Source: Candidatus Eiseniibacteriota bacterium (GTDB lineage Bacteria; Eisenbacteria; RBG-16-71-46; CAIMUX01; VGJL01). From it: a stretch of DNA of 26,536 nucleotides. The stretch is taken from assembly GCA_014729455.1 (NCBI GenBank), contig WJJW01000284.1, positions 1-26,536 on the forward strand, in the 5' to 3' direction. Below, piece after piece: positions 17,595 to 26,536 of the stretch. Within the stretch, counting starts at the first letter, position 1; every line of letters starts with the position of its first letter. Under the pieces are notes generated by a model. The model was not told the DNA's origin and made no database searches. It saw nothing but the letters and a program-made list of their open reading frames with translations. Made by a program: the position numbers and the translations under genes.

Positions 17595-17840
17595 CTAGTT
17601 CTTCGCCTCGAGATGCTCCTTCAAGTACTGGATGGCGTCCTTGACCCGCTCCATCTTCTCTGCGGCTTCGTCGGGGATCTCGATCTCGAACGCCTCCTCG
17701 AGCGCCATGACCAGCTCGACGGTATCGAGCGAATCGGCGCCGAGGTCGTCGATGAACGAAGCCTCGGGGGTCACCTTCTCCGGAGCCACCCCAAGCTGCT
17801 CGACGATGATGTCACGGATCTTCTGTTCGTAGTTTTCCAT
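17595..17840 (-). CDS. acpP: Acyl carrier protein, 81 aa
   Basis: [33 protein letters not shown] phosphopantetheine site; ATG at 17840 after GGAGGA (trimmed from 17876). Confidence 0.97.
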   Translation of the reverse strand: MENYEQKIRDIIVEQLGVAPEKVTPEASFIDDLGADSLDTVELVMALEEAFEIEIPDEAAEKMERVKDAIQYLKEHLEAKN

Positions 17841-17872
17841 CGATCCATCCTCCCGGGGACCATCATTCCCCA

Positions 17873-18652
17873 TCACGACATCGACATTCCGCCATCCACC
17901 GCAAGAACCTGCCCCGTGACATACCTCGCCTCGTCGGAGGCGAGATACGAAACGGCGTGCGCCACGTCCTCCGGTTGCCCGAAGTAGCGCAGGGGGATGT
18001 TTCCCCGCAGCGCCTCCTGGGCCTCCTGCGGCAGAGCCTCGGTCATCGAGGTCTCAATGAACCCCGGGGCCACGGCGTTCACCGTGATCCCCCGTTCGGC
18101 CAGCTCCTTGGCCACCGACTTCGTGAATCCGATCAAGCCCGCCTTGGCCGCCGTGTAGTTCGCCTGGCCCTTGTTGCCCGTCAGGCCGACGACCGAGGTG
18201 ACGTTGATGATCCTCCCCCAACGCGCCTTCATCATCCCTCTGGCGAACCCCTTCGTGCACAAGAAGGCGCCGCGAAGGTTGATTCCGAGCACCGTGTCCC
18301 ATTCTTCCGGGCGCATCCGGAGGACCAGGTTGTCCCGCGTGACCCCCGCGTTGTTGACGAGGATCTGGACCGGTCCCATCTCCTCGGTGACCCGTCCGGC
18401 CAGCGCCTCCACCTGTTCCGGCTCGGAGACGTCGCAGCGAACGTGGAGACAACGGCGCCCGAGCGCAAGGATCTCCCGGACCGCGGGCCCGTCGTCCTCC
18501 CCGGACCGATCGACGAGCACGAGGTCGTTGCCGTCGCGGGCGAGACGCAGCGCGATGCCCCGTCCGATCCCCCGGCTTCCCCCGGTGCCCAGCGCGATCC
18601 GGGCGGGCTCGGGATCCCGACCCGACCGGCCCTGGTTCGCGGGATCGCTCAT
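17873..18652 (-). CDS. fabG: 3-oxoacyl-ACP reductase, 259 aa
   Basis: [53 protein letters not shown] at 18652 overlaps the fabD stop (ATGA); the extension to 19042 is junk. Confidence 0.96.
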   Translation of the reverse strand: MSDPANQGRSGRDPEPARIALGTGGSRGIGRGIALRLARDGNDLVLVDRSGEDDGPAVREILALGRRCLHVRCDVSEPEQVEALAGRVTEEMGPVQILVNNAGVTRDNLVLRMRPEEWDTVLGINLRGAFLCTKGFARGMMKARWGRIINVTSVVGLTGNKGQANYTAAKAGLIGFTKSVAKELAERGITVNAVAPGFIETSMTEALPQEAQEALRGNIPLRYFGQPEDVAHAVSYLASDEARYVTGQVLAVDGGMSMS

Positions 18653-19581
18653 GGCTCCCCTCCTGCGTCGAAACGTTCGATCTCCTCCGCCTTCCCGACC
18701 GTGGCGGTCGTCGCCCCGCGATCCGTCGCCCGAACGAGACCGGACAGCACGCGTCCCGAGCCGATCTCGACGAATCGTTCGAAGCCGTCCTTCCGCATCC
18801 GCCGGATCGTCTCCTCCCATCGCACGGGCGAGAGGAGCTGGCGGGCGAGGCTCTCTCGGATCTCCGCCGACTCCCGCGTCGGACCGGCGCTCTCGTTCGC
18901 GTAGACGGGCACCTGTGCGGGAGAGATCGTCGACGCGTCGAGGGCTTCCCGCAGCCCGCGGGCCGCCGCCTCCATCAACGGAGAGTGGAACGCCCCCGCG
19001 ACGACGAGTCCGATCACCCTCTTCGCGCCCGCCTCCTTGCACTTCGTCATCGCCCGCTCCACCGCGTCGACCTCGCCGGAGATCACGATCTGGCCCGGCG
19101 AGTTCACGTTCGCCGGAACGACGACCCCGTCGACCTCATCGAGAGCGCTCCGGATCTCCTCGTGAGAGAGGCCGAGCACCGCCGCCATCGTTCCCGGACG
19201 CTCGCGACCGGCCTGGTGCATCAGCTCCCCGCGACGCCGCACCAGCCGAAGGCCGTCCTCGAAGCGGAGACTCCCCGCCGCGACGTAGGCGGTGTACTCG
19301 CCCAGGCTGTGTCCCGCAGCGGCCTGGAACGACAGCGGGGCGCGCGCCTCGAGCGCACGGAGAACGGCGATGCTGTGGACGAACAGGGCCGGCTGGGTGT
19401 TCCGCGTCTCCCGGAGCTCCTCCTCGGGGCCCTCGAAGCAGATCCGGGAGAGGGGGGCGTCGAGGACCCGATCCGCCGTCTCGAAGACTTCCCGCGCCTC
19501 CGGATACCGGTCGACGAGGTCCCGCCCCATGCCGACCTGCTGCGAGCCTTGTCCTGGGAAGAGGAACGCCGTCTTCACCAC
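18649..19581 (-). CDS. fabD: Malonyl-CoA:ACP transacylase
   Basis: FLFPGQGSQ..GMG, TRNTQPALF, GHSLGEY, ANVNSPGQIVISG, GAFHSPLM; start GTG 19581 or 19578. Confidence 0.97.
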   Translation of the reverse strand: MVKTAFLFPGQGSQQVGMGRDLVDRYPEAREVFETADRVLDAPLSRICFEGPEEELRETRNTQPALFVHSIAVLRALEARAPLSFQAAAGHSLGEYTAYVAAGSLRFEDGLRLVRRRGELMHQAGRERPGTMAAVLGLSHEEIRSALDEVDGVVVPANVNSPGQIVISGEVDAVERAMTKCKEAGAKRVIGLVVAGAFHSPLMEAAARGLREALDASTISPAQVPVYANESAGPTRESAEIRESLARQLLSPVRWEETIRRMRKDGFERFVEIGSGRVLSGLVRATDRGATTATVGKAEEIERFDAGGEP

Positions 19582-19597
19582 CGCCCGGTCCCCCCGT

Positions 19598-20605
19598 CTA
19601 CCAACGGACCACCGCCGCGCCCCACGTCAATCCCCCGCCGAAGCCCACGAGCGCGACGAGGTCTCCGCTGTGGAGCCGGCCGGCCTTCCGCGCCTCGTCC
19701 AGCGCGATCGGGATCGAAGCTGCGCTGGTATTACCATACTTCTGGATGTTGGTGAATACCTTTTCCGGCGAGATGCCGAGCCGCTTCGCGGTCGCTTCGA
19801 TGATCCGGAGGTTCGCCTGATGCGTGACGAGCAGGTCGACGTCCTGCGCGCCGTATCCCGCCAGCCCGAGCGCCTTCACGCACTCGTCCGCCATCGTCCG
19901 CACCCCCATCTTGAACACCTCGTTGCCTCTCATGTGGATGCAATGGAGATGGTTGCGGACCGTCTCCTCGGAGGCCGGGAGCTTGCTTCCGCCGGCCGGC
20001 TGCTCGATCAAGGAGCCGAAGTTCCCGTCGGCGCCGAGGGTCAGCGAGAGGATCCCGTGCTCTTCGTCCCCCGGTTGGAGGATCGCCGCGCCCGCGCCGT
20101 CGGCAAGGAGGATGCAGGTCGTGCGATCCGACCAGTTCGTGACGCGGGAGAGAAGCTCCGCGCCGACCACGAGCACCGTGTTCGCTCGCCAGGAGGCGAT
20201 CATCCCTTGGGCCACGCTCAACGAATAGAGGAAGCCGGAGCAAGCCGCGCTGACGTCGAAAGCGAACGCGCGCTTCGCCCCGAGCTTCGACTGCAGCGTG
20301 CAGCCCATCGAGGGGAACACCTGGTCCGGGGTGACGGTCGCGCAGATGATCCCGTCCAGATCCTCGGCGCCGACCCCGGCCTCCTCCATCGCCGTCTTCG
20401 CCGCCGGGAGGGCGAGGTCGCTCGTGACCAGCCCCTCCGGGGCGATGCGGCGTTCCCGGATCCCCGTCCGCGTGACGATCCACTCGTCGGAGGTGTCGAC
20501 GATCTTCTCCAGATCCGCGTTCGTCAGAACGGGATCCGGAACCGCCGAACCGGTGCCCGCGAAACGGACCGGCCTAACCGAGGACTTGTCGCTCTGGACG
20601 TTCAC
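19598..20605 (-). CDS. fabH: 3-oxoacyl-ACP synthase III
   Basis: DTSDEWIVTRTGIRERR, AACSGF, HQANLRII, YGNTSAASIP, GFGGGLTWG. GTG after GAGGAG overlaps the plsX 3' end by 32 nt. Confidence 0.97.
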   Translation of the reverse strand: MNVQSDKSSVRPVRFAGTGSAVPDPVLTNADLEKIVDTSDEWIVTRTGIRERRIAPEGLVTSDLALPAAKTAMEEAGVGAEDLDGIICATVTPDQVFPSMGCTLQSKLGAKRAFAFDVSAACSGFLYSLSVAQGMIASWRANTVLVVGAELLSRVTNWSDRTTCILLADGAGAAILQPGDEEHGILSLTLGADGNFGSLIEQPAGGSKLPASEETVRNHLHCIHMRGNEVFKMGVRTMADECVKALGLAGYGAQDVDLLVTHQANLRIIEATAKRLGISPEKVFTNIQKYGNTSAASIPIALDEARKAGRLHSGDLVALVGFGGGLTWGAAVVRW

Positions 20606-21626
20606 GATCCAGCTCCTCTTTGATCTGGTTGTTGACCTTCTTCCGGCTCGATTCGGCCGCGACCCGGATCGCGTTCTTGATCGCCAGGGGGGACGAGCTC
20701 CCGTGGCTGATCACGCAAACGCCGTTGACGCCGAGGAGCGGCGCGCCGCCGTACTCCTCGTAGTTCAGCTTCGACTTCAGACGCCGGAAGACCGGCTTGA
20801 GCAGCAACGCGCCGACGCGGAACTTGAGATTGGTCTCCATCTCCCGCCGGACCGTCTGCATGAACATCCCCACGACGCTCTCGGCGAATTTCAGGATGAC
20901 GTTGCCGGTGAACCCGTCGCAGACCACGATGTCGGCGGTCCCCTTCAGGATGTCCCGTCCTTCCACGTTGCCGATGAAGTTGAGATGGGGCCGCGCCTCG
21001 CTCAGCAGCTTGTACGCCTGGACCGCGACCTCGGAGCCCTTGGAATCCTCCTCGCCGATGTTCAGCAGCCCGACCCGCGGCTCGGGCACCTGGAAGATCT
21101 CGTGTGCATAGACCCCCCCCATCACGGCGTACTGGTAGAGATGATTCGCCTTCGAGTCCGAATTCGCTCCCGCGTCGAGGAGGATCGTGTGCCCGGTCCG
21201 TGTCGGGACGATGACGGCGATCGCCGGTCTCTGGATCCCCGGGATGCGGCCCAGCGTCAGGAGCGCGGAGGTGACGACCGCGCCCGTGTTGCCGGAGCTG
21301 ACGACCGCCTCCGCTTTGCCCCTCCGCAGGAGCTGTGTCGCGACCACGATGCTCGACCCCTGCTTTCGCCGGAACGAGAAGGCGGCCGACTCGGAGCTCG
21401 AGACGTACTCGGCGGCGTGCTCCACCGAGATCCCCAGCTCCTCCGCCTCGGCCCGGTCGAGGTGCCGGTAGATCCGCTCCTCGTCCCCGACGAGGACGAT
21501 CCGGAGCGTCCCGTTGAGTTCCCGGGCAGCCTGGATCGCGCCCTGGACCTCCACCATCGGGGCGGAGTCGCCGCCCATGGCGTCCAGGGCCACCCGGATG
21601 GGGCGGGTTACGGGAGCCAGATTCAA
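20574..21626 (-). CDS. plsX: Phosphate acyltransferase PlsX
   Basis: IRVALDAMGGD, SSGNTGA, RPAIA, LDAGAN, GLLNIGEE..KG, GNVEGRD, VCDGFTGNVILK, GGAPLLGV; TTG after GGAGG. Confidence 0.97.
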   Translation of the reverse strand: MNLAPVTRPIRVALDAMGGDSAPMVEVQGAIQAARELNGTLRIVLVGDEERIYRHLDRAEAEELGISVEHAAEYVSSSESAAFSFRRKQGSSIVVATQLLRRGKAEAVVSSGNTGAVVTSALLTLGRIPGIQRPAIAVIVPTRTGHTILLDAGANSDSKANHLYQYAVMGGVYAHEIFQVPEPRVGLLNIGEEDSKGSEVAVQAYKLLSEARPHLNFIGNVEGRDILKGTADIVVCDGFTGNVILKFAESVVGMFMQTVRREMETNLKFRVGALLLKPVFRRLKSKLNYEEYGGAPLLGVNGVCVISHGSSSPLAIKNAIRVAAESSRKKVNNQIKEELDRERPERQVLG

Positions 21627-21676
21627 CGCGCCTCCCGGCTGCCTGTGGTCCGATCGATCACCGATGCGTGGGTCCC

Positions 21677-21850
21677 CTACTTCGGCTGGATCAGCTCATC
21701 CCGGTAGTGACCGCAGGACGGGCAGACACGATGCGGCCGGCGTGCCGCCCCGCAGCTGGGACAACGGTTGATGGAGGGCGGGCTCAGCTTCCAGTTCGCC
21801 CGGCGCTTCTTCCGGCGCGTGCTCGAGTGTCTTCTCTTCGGTAGGGCCAT
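21677..21850 (-). CDS. rpmF: 50S ribosomal protein L32, zinc-ribbon (C+) form, 57 aa
   Basis: MALPKRRHSSTRRKKRRA..CPSCG..RPHRVCPSCGHY; start trimmed from 22147 to ATG 21850. Confidence 0.96.
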   Translation of the reverse strand: MALPKRRHSSTRRKKRRANWKLSPPSINRCPSCGAARRPHRVCPSCGHYRDELIQPK

Positions 21851-21911
21851 GGGGCTTGGTTCCTCTTCTTCCCTAGCGGTTTCCGTTGTTCCGGCCGTCT
21901 TTGCGGCTCGC

Positions 21912-22484
21912 TCATCCTTCCCCGCGCTCTCCATCCTGCCGGGGACGGTCGTCCTCCAGGATCGAACGCAGGGCCTCCCAGGGGCCGGCCGTCCCTTGGG
22001 GAGGGCAGGCGCAGTCTCCCAGATTTCTGTCATTTCCGCAACGCGGACACAACCCCTTGCAGTGCGGCCGGCAGAGGGGATGGCCGGGGATCTCGAGGAG
22101 GAGCGTCTCTCGGATCTCCCCGCCCAGGTCCAGAACCCGACCATCATAGTACACCAGCCCCTCTTCGGGGGCGTCCCCCTCGGCCGTCGCCCCTTCCCGA
22201 TCCCGCCTCCGCTTGCAATAGACCCGGATCTCCGGTTCGAGAACCGCCTCCAACTCCGCCAGGCAGCGGACGCAGCGCTGCCGGAGGCGGACCGCCAGCC
22301 GGCCCTGGACCTCCACGTTCGTGTGCGAGCGGATGAACCGCCCCTCCAGGACGATCGGCCCGAGGACCTCTCCGTCGTCTTCGGGAAGGTCGATCTCGTC
22401 CGCCCGCCCCTCGAGACGGCGCAGGTTCATCCCTTCGTTCAGGGTCTCCAGGGCGATGGAAAACGGGGTGCGCTCCTCGGACAT
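21912..22484 (-). CDS. yceD: YceD/DUF177 family metal-binding protein
   Basis: CVRCL, LDLGGEIRETLLLEIP, LCRPHCKGLCPRCG.DRNLGDCAC, PWEALR; canonical position upstream of rpmF. Confidence 0.93.
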   Translation of the reverse strand: MSEERTPFSIALETLNEGMNLRRLEGRADEIDLPEDDGEVLGPIVLEGRFIRSHTNVEVQGRLAVRLRQRCVRCLAELEAVLEPEIRVYCKRRRDREGATAEGDAPEEGLVYYDGRVLDLGGEIRETLLLEIPGHPLCRPHCKGLCPRCGNDRNLGDCACPPQGTAGPWEALRSILEDDRPRQDGERGEG

Positions 22485-22492
22485 CCCTTTCC

Positions 22493-22918
22493 CTACCGAG
22501 GCTCCGGTCGCAGCGCCAGGTTCAGATCGAACCAGGCGATCTCGTTTTCGGCGGTCTCGGGCGCATCGGAGCGGTGGACGGAGTTCTTCTCGATGTTCAG
22601 GCCGAACTCCTTGCGGATCGTTCCCTCCTCCGCGTTCGCCGGATCGGTCGCGCCGACGATCTTCTCGAGCCGATCGATCGCATCCTCCCCCTCGAGGACG
22701 GCGGCGACGATCGGGCCGCCCGCCATGAACGCGACGAGGGAGTCGAGAAACGGCTTCCCCTCGTGGACCTTGTAGAAGTCGCGCGCCTGCTCGGGCGTGA
22801 GCCGCACCATGCGCAGGCGGAGGATCCGCAACCCCGCCTCCTCGACGCGGGAGAGGATCCTCCCGGTCAAGCTCCGCTCCACCGCGTCCGGCTTGATCAT
22901 CATCAGCGTCTGCTGCAC
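22493..22918 (-). CDS. ndk: Nucleoside diphosphate kinase
   Basis: TLMMIKPDAV, FYKVHEGKPF, GATDP..A..GTIR, NSVHRSD; GTG after GGGGAG. Confidence 0.96.
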   Translation of the reverse strand: MQQTLMMIKPDAVERSLTGRILSRVEEAGLRILRLRMVRLTPEQARDFYKVHEGKPFLDSLVAFMAGGPIVAAVLEGEDAIDRLEKIVGATDPANAEEGTIRKEFGLNIEKNSVHRSDAPETAENEIAWFDLNLALRPEPR

Positions 22919-22976
22919 CGTAGCTCCCCTTCCTGCAACGTTCGTTCCCGGCGACCGGCTCCTCGACGCTCCGGGC

Positions 22977-23849
22977 TCACAGCCCCAGCGCCTCCTTCAT
23001 CAGCGGCCCGACCTCGGACGGGATCTTCGCCACGGGGATCCCCGCGGCGCTGAGCGCCTTGATCTTCTCCGCCGCCGTCCCGCTTCCGCCCGAGATGATC
23101 GCGCCGGCGTGCCCCATCCGCTTGCCGGGAGGGGCGGTCTGTCCGGCGATGAACCCGACGACCGGCTTGCTCATCTTCGATTTCACGAACTCGGCGGCCT
23201 CCTCTTCGGCCGAGCCGCCGATCTCGCCGATCATGACCACCGCCTTCGTCTCCGGGTCGGCCTCGAAGAGCGAGAGCACGTCGATGAAGTTGGTCCCGAT
23301 GATCGGGTCCCCGCCGATCCCGATGCAGGTCGACTGCCCGATCCCGGTCTTCGTGAGCTGGTAGACCATCTCGTAGGTCAGCGTGCCGCTGCGGGAAACG
23401 ACGCCGACCGGCCCCTGCTTGTGGATCTCCCCCGGCATGATCCCGACCTTGCACTTGCCCGGCGAGATCAACCCGGGGCAGTTCGGGCCGACCAGCCGGG
23501 TTCCGAGTCGGTTGAGGGTCTGCAAGACCTCGACCATCGACAGCGCGGGGATCCCCTCGGTGATCGCCACGACCAGGCGGACGCCGGCGTAGGCGGCCTC
23601 GAGGATCGCGTCCTTCGCGAACGCGGGCGGCACGTAGACGACCGACGTGTCGGCTCCCGTCTCGCGAACCGCGTCGGCCACGGTGTTGTAGACCGGAACC
23701 TGGTCGACCCGCTCACCGGCCTTTCCGGGGGTGACCCCCGCGACCAGATTCGTCCCGTAGGCCTTCATCGCGCGGGAGTGGAACGCCCCGTCCCTGCCGG
23801 TGATCCCCTGGACCACGACGCGGCTCTTCTCGTCGATCAGAATGCTCAT
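22977..23849 (-). CDS. sucD: Succinyl-CoA synthetase alpha subunit, 290 aa
   Basis: [62 protein letters not shown]; ATG 23849 after GGAGG. Confidence 0.98.
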   Translation of the reverse strand: MSILIDEKSRVVVQGITGRDGAFHSRAMKAYGTNLVAGVTPGKAGERVDQVPVYNTVADAVRETGADTSVVYVPPAFAKDAILEAAYAGVRLVVAITEGIPALSMVEVLQTLNRLGTRLVGPNCPGLISPGKCKVGIMPGEIHKQGPVGVVSRSGTLTYEMVYQLTKTGIGQSTCIGIGGDPIIGTNFIDVLSLFEADPETKAVVMIGEIGGSAEEEAAEFVKSKMSKPVVGFIAGQTAPPGKRMGHAGAIISGGSGTAAEKIKALSAAGIPVAKIPSEVGPLMKEALGL

Positions 23850-23865
23850 CCTCGTCCTCCTCCCC

Positions 23866-24999
23866 CTAGCGGGCCAGCTCGACGGCCCGCTGCACCGCCT
23901 CATCCATCGTTTCCGCCGGGGTGAGGCCCTCGACCGAGCCCAGGATCTGCCGCGCTTCCTCCTCGTTCGTCCCGGTCAACCGGGCGACGATCGGCAGCTT
24001 GACCTTCGTCGCCGAGAGCGCCCGGATGAGTCCGTTGGCGACGTCGTCGCACCGGGTGATCCCCCCGAAGATGTTGAATAGGATCACCTTGACGTTCTGG
24101 TCCTCCGTGATGATCCGGATCGCGGTGATCACCTTGTCCGGGCTGGAGGATCCGCCGATGTCGAGGAAGTTCGCGGGGCTCCCGCCGAAGTGCTTCACGA
24201 GGTCCATCGTCGCCATCGCGAGCCCGGCGCCGTTGACGACGCAGCCGATCGCCCCGTCCAGCTTGATGTACGACAGCCCCATCTCCCGCGCCGCCGCCTC
24301 GTTCGCCGACTCCGCGCTCGAGTCCCGCATCGCCTCGAGGTCGTGATGGTGGAACAGGGCGCTGTCGTCGAGGTTGATCTTCGCGTCGATCGCGATCATC
24401 TCGCCGCCGGGCGTGCGGATCAGCGGGTTGATCTCGGCCAGCGATCCGTCCACCTGCGCGAAGCAGCGGCAGAGCTTGATCAGGATCGACGCGATCTGCT
24501 TGGCGAAGTGCGGTTCCGGCTCGATCCCGTACGCGAGCTGGCGGGCCTGGAACGGGTAGAGGCCGGTGGACGGGTCGAAGTGCTCCCGGAGGATCGCTCC
24601 GGGGTTCGTCTTCGCGACCTCCTCGATGTCGATGCCTCCCTCGCGGGAGACCATGACCAGCGGGCGTCCCGCCGCCCGGTCGAGGACGACGCCGAGGTAG
24701 TACTCGTGCGAGATGTCCACGGCCGGGGTCACCAGGACCTTCCGCACCACGTGTCCCTTGATCTCCATCCCGAGGATCTTCTCGGCGAGCCCGGCCGCCT
24801 CCTCGGGGTTGTGGGCGAGCTTGACGCCGCCCGCCTTGCCCCGGCCTCCGGTATGGACCTGCGCCTTCACGACGACGCGGGTCCCGAACCGCGCGGCGAT
24901 GTCCCGGACCTGCTCGACCGTCGTCGCCACCGTTCCTTCCGGCACCGGGATCCCGGCGTTGCGGAAGATCTCCTTCGCCTGATACTCGTGAATGTTCAT
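23866..24999 (-). CDS. sucC: Succinyl-CoA synthetase beta subunit, 377 aa
   Basis: [71 protein letters not shown]; ATG 24999 after GAGGTG. Confidence 0.98.
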   Translation of the reverse strand: MNIHEYQAKEIFRNAGIPVPEGTVATTVEQVRDIAARFGTRVVVKAQVHTGGRGKAGGVKLAHNPEEAAGLAEKILGMEIKGHVVRKVLVTPAVDISHEYYLGVVLDRAAGRPLVMVSREGGIDIEEVAKTNPGAILREHFDPSTGLYPFQARQLAYGIEPEPHFAKQIASILIKLCRCFAQVDGSLAEINPLIRTPGGEMIAIDAKINLDDSALFHHHDLEAMRDSSAESANEAAAREMGLSYIKLDGAIGCVVNGAGLAMATMDLVKHFGGSPANFLDIGGSSSPDKVITAIRIITEDQNVKVILFNIFGGITRCDDVANGLIRALSATKVKLPIVARLTGTNEEEARQILGSVEGLTPAETMDEAVQRAVELAR

Positions 25000-25006
25000 C
25001 GTCCCC

Positions 25007-26347
25007 TCACCTCCCGGTCCCCCTGCGGAGGAACTCCTCCAGCACATCGGTCAAGCCCGGCCGTCCGATCTCCTGCAGCTCGTAGGTCACCCGCACCGAC
25101 GGCTTCTCGAGCTTCAGGATCCGGCGGACGTCGATCGGCGTTCCGATCACGACCAGATCGCACGGGGTGCGGTTGATCGTCTCCTGCAGGTCCGCCATCT
25201 GCTTCTCGCCGTACCCCATCGCCGGCAGCAGCGTTCCGATCTCCGGATACTTGCGGAACGTCGCTTCCATGTCTCCGACGAGATACGGCCGCGGATCGAC
25301 GATCTCCGCCGCGCCGTACTTGCGCGCGGCGACCGTCCCCGCCCCGAAGGTCATCCCGCCGTGGGTCAGGGTCGGTCCGTCTTCGATCACCAGCACCCGC
25401 TTCCCGCGGATCTTCTCCCCCTCCTCGACGAAGAGCGGGCTCGCCGCGTCGACGACCACGGCCGACGGGACCGCCTCCCGCACGTTGCGGCGGACCTCCT
25501 CGATCCCCTCCAGGCTCGCCGACTCGACCTTGTTGATCACGACCACGTCGGCGCCGAGCAGATTCGTGTGCCCGGGATGGAACCGCGTCTCGTGGCCCGG
25601 TCGCAGCGGATCGACCACGACGATCTGCAGATCCGGACGGTAGAACGAGGTATCGTTGTTCCCCCCGTCCCAGAGGACGATGTCCGCCTCCTTCTCCGCT
25701 TCGCGGAGGATCTTCTCGTAGTCGACCCCGGCATAGACGATCGTTCCGTTCTTGATGTGCGGCTCGTACTCCTCCATCTCCTCGATGGTGCAGTCGTGGC
25801 GCTTCAGGTCCTCGATCGTCTCGAACCGCTGCACCCCCTGCTTGACCAGATCGCCGTACGGCATCGGATGCCGGATCGCGACGGTCTTCTTGCCCATCTC
25901 CCGGAGGATCGTGCAGATCCGTCGCGTCGTCTGACTCTTGCCGCATCCGGTGCGCGCCGCCAGGACCGCGAGGACCGGCTTCTCGGAGGCGATCTCGGTC
26001 GCCTCCTGGCCGAGCAGCCGGAAGTCGGCGCCGAGGGCGAGCACCTTCGAGGCCAGACCCATCACATACTCGTGCGACACGTCGCTGTAGGAGAAGACCG
26101 CCTCCGCGGCCCCCTCCTCGCGAATCAACCGGGCGAGATCCTCCTCCGGGACGATCGGGATCCCGTCCGGGTAGAGCCGTCCCGCCAGCTCCGGCGGGTA
26201 CCGCCGGTCTTCGATGCCGGGAATCTGGGTGGCGGTGAATGCCACCACCTCCACCCCGTCCCGCTCGCGGAAGGCGACGTTGAAATTGTGAAAATCCCGG
26301 CCGCCGGCGCCGAGGATGACGATCTTCCTGCGGGTGTCCGCTGCCAT
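25007..26347 (-). CDS. COG2403-type P-loop enzyme, probably arginine synthetase (ArcE-like; such proteins are often annotated as GTPase or cyclic 2,3-diphosphoglycerate synthase), 446 aa
   Basis: ILGAGGRDFHNFN, VAFTATQIP.IE.RRYPPELAG.LYP.GIPI, P-loop RTGCGKSQT, RHPMPYGDL, EEMEEYEPHI, WDGGNND, EDGPTLTHGGM, LPAMGY. ATG 26347 after GGAGGGAG. The assignment to ArcE rests on recalled family motifs, not a search. Confidence 0.75.
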   Translation of the reverse strand: MAADTRRKIVILGAGGRDFHNFNVAFRERDGVEVVAFTATQIPGIEDRRYPPELAGRLYPDGIPIVPEEDLARLIREEGAAEAVFSYSDVSHEYVMGLASKVLALGADFRLLGQEATEIASEKPVLAVLAARTGCGKSQTTRRICTILREMGKKTVAIRHPMPYGDLVKQGVQRFETIEDLKRHDCTIEEMEEYEPHIKNGTIVYAGVDYEKILREAEKEADIVLWDGGNNDTSFYRPDLQIVVVDPLRPGHETRFHPGHTNLLGADVVVINKVESASLEGIEEVRRNVREAVPSAVVVDAASPLFVEEGEKIRGKRVLVIEDGPTLTHGGMTFGAGTVAARKYGAAEIVDPRPYLVGDMEATFRKYPEIGTLLPAMGYGEKQMADLQETINRTPCDLVVIGTPIDVRRILKLEKPSVRVTYELQEIGRPGLTDVLEEFLRRGTGR

Positions 26348-26408
26348 GCTCCCCTCCCTCCCCATGATCCGAACGCTGGGATCCACCCAAGCGACAGCAC
26401 GAACCTTG

Positions 26409-26437
26409 ACCGTAGGTGCCGCGTCGGACCCTGTCAA
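26409..26437 (-). promoter_or_regulatory. sigma70 promoter heading the arcE-like-sucCD-ndk operon
   Basis: Minus strand TTGACA (26437-26432), 17 nt, TACGGT (26414-26409), about 60 nt upstream of ATG 26347. Confidence 0.6.
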
Positions 26438-26536
26438 GACGAAAGTGGCTTGTTTTGCTATAGGTTACGGATGCGGCGGATCAGTTCGCTCGTCGAGCGT
26501 CCCGTCCGATACCGGACGATTTCGAGGCTCCCCCCC

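Noticed and set aside
18653-19042. Apparent 130-aa N-terminal extension of FabG
   Set aside because: Off-frame read-through of fabD; the true start is the ATGA-coupled ATG at 18652.
16265-21707. Several long plus-strand ORFs (16265..17644, 17957..18904, 18171..19820, 19292..20623, 20298..21707)
   Set aside because: Shadows of the fab and plsX genes, expected at this GC content; no motifs.
26405-26438. Inverted repeat CTTGAC-N22-GTCAAG, suggesting an operator or opposing plus-strand promoter
   Set aside because: One arm is simply the minus-strand -35; the plus-strand TTGACC has no matching -10; a single 6-bp repeat is too weak to call.
26456-26466. Plus-strand TGcTATAGG, a possible divergent promoter toward a gene beyond the right edge
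   Set aside because: No -35, imperfect -10, and the downstream gene is not visible.
1-26536. Mobile elements, CRISPR arrays, tRNA/rRNA, horizontally acquired island
   Set aside because: No transposase or integrase motifs, repeat-spacer arrays or RNA-gene signatures seen; composition looks uniform and intergenic gaps are short.

Overview
High-GC, compositionally uniform core-genome segment of a diderm bacterium. Gene content (SprA, FadL-family barrel, lptFG, sucCD-ndk-yceD-rpmF-plsX-fab-rnc synteny) suggests an FCB-associated lineage such as Ca. Eisenbacteria, Latescibacterota or relatives; this is inference. Left to right: (1) N-terminal ~596 aa of a SprA/Sov-like type IX secretion translocon on the minus strand, missed by the ORF track because it runs off the edge, divergent from lptF-lptG; (2) minus-strand aroB-aroQ-accB-pilT-accC operon with a PilT/PilU ATPase wedged between accB and accC; (3) minus-strand TPR protein, ECF sigma, ZAS anti-sigma and an HtrA-like PDZ protein whose three catalytic-triad residues are all substituted; (4) plus-strand two-gene unit behind a near-consensus sigma70 promoter, encoding a small lipoprotein with a CxxCH motif and a Tyr/Trp-rich tract, followed by a FadL/OmpP1-family beta-barrel; (5) a long minus-strand run arcE-like (arginine synthetase / COG2403)-sucC-sucD-ndk-yceD-rpmF-plsX-fabH-fabD-fabG-acpP-fabF-rnc. 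I saw no mobile elements, CRISPR arrays, tRNA or rRNA. The best candidates for undescribed biology are the CxxCH-lipoprotein plus FadL-barrel pair and the ECF/anti-sigma/pseudoprotease module. No database searches were run; all family calls come from motif recognition.
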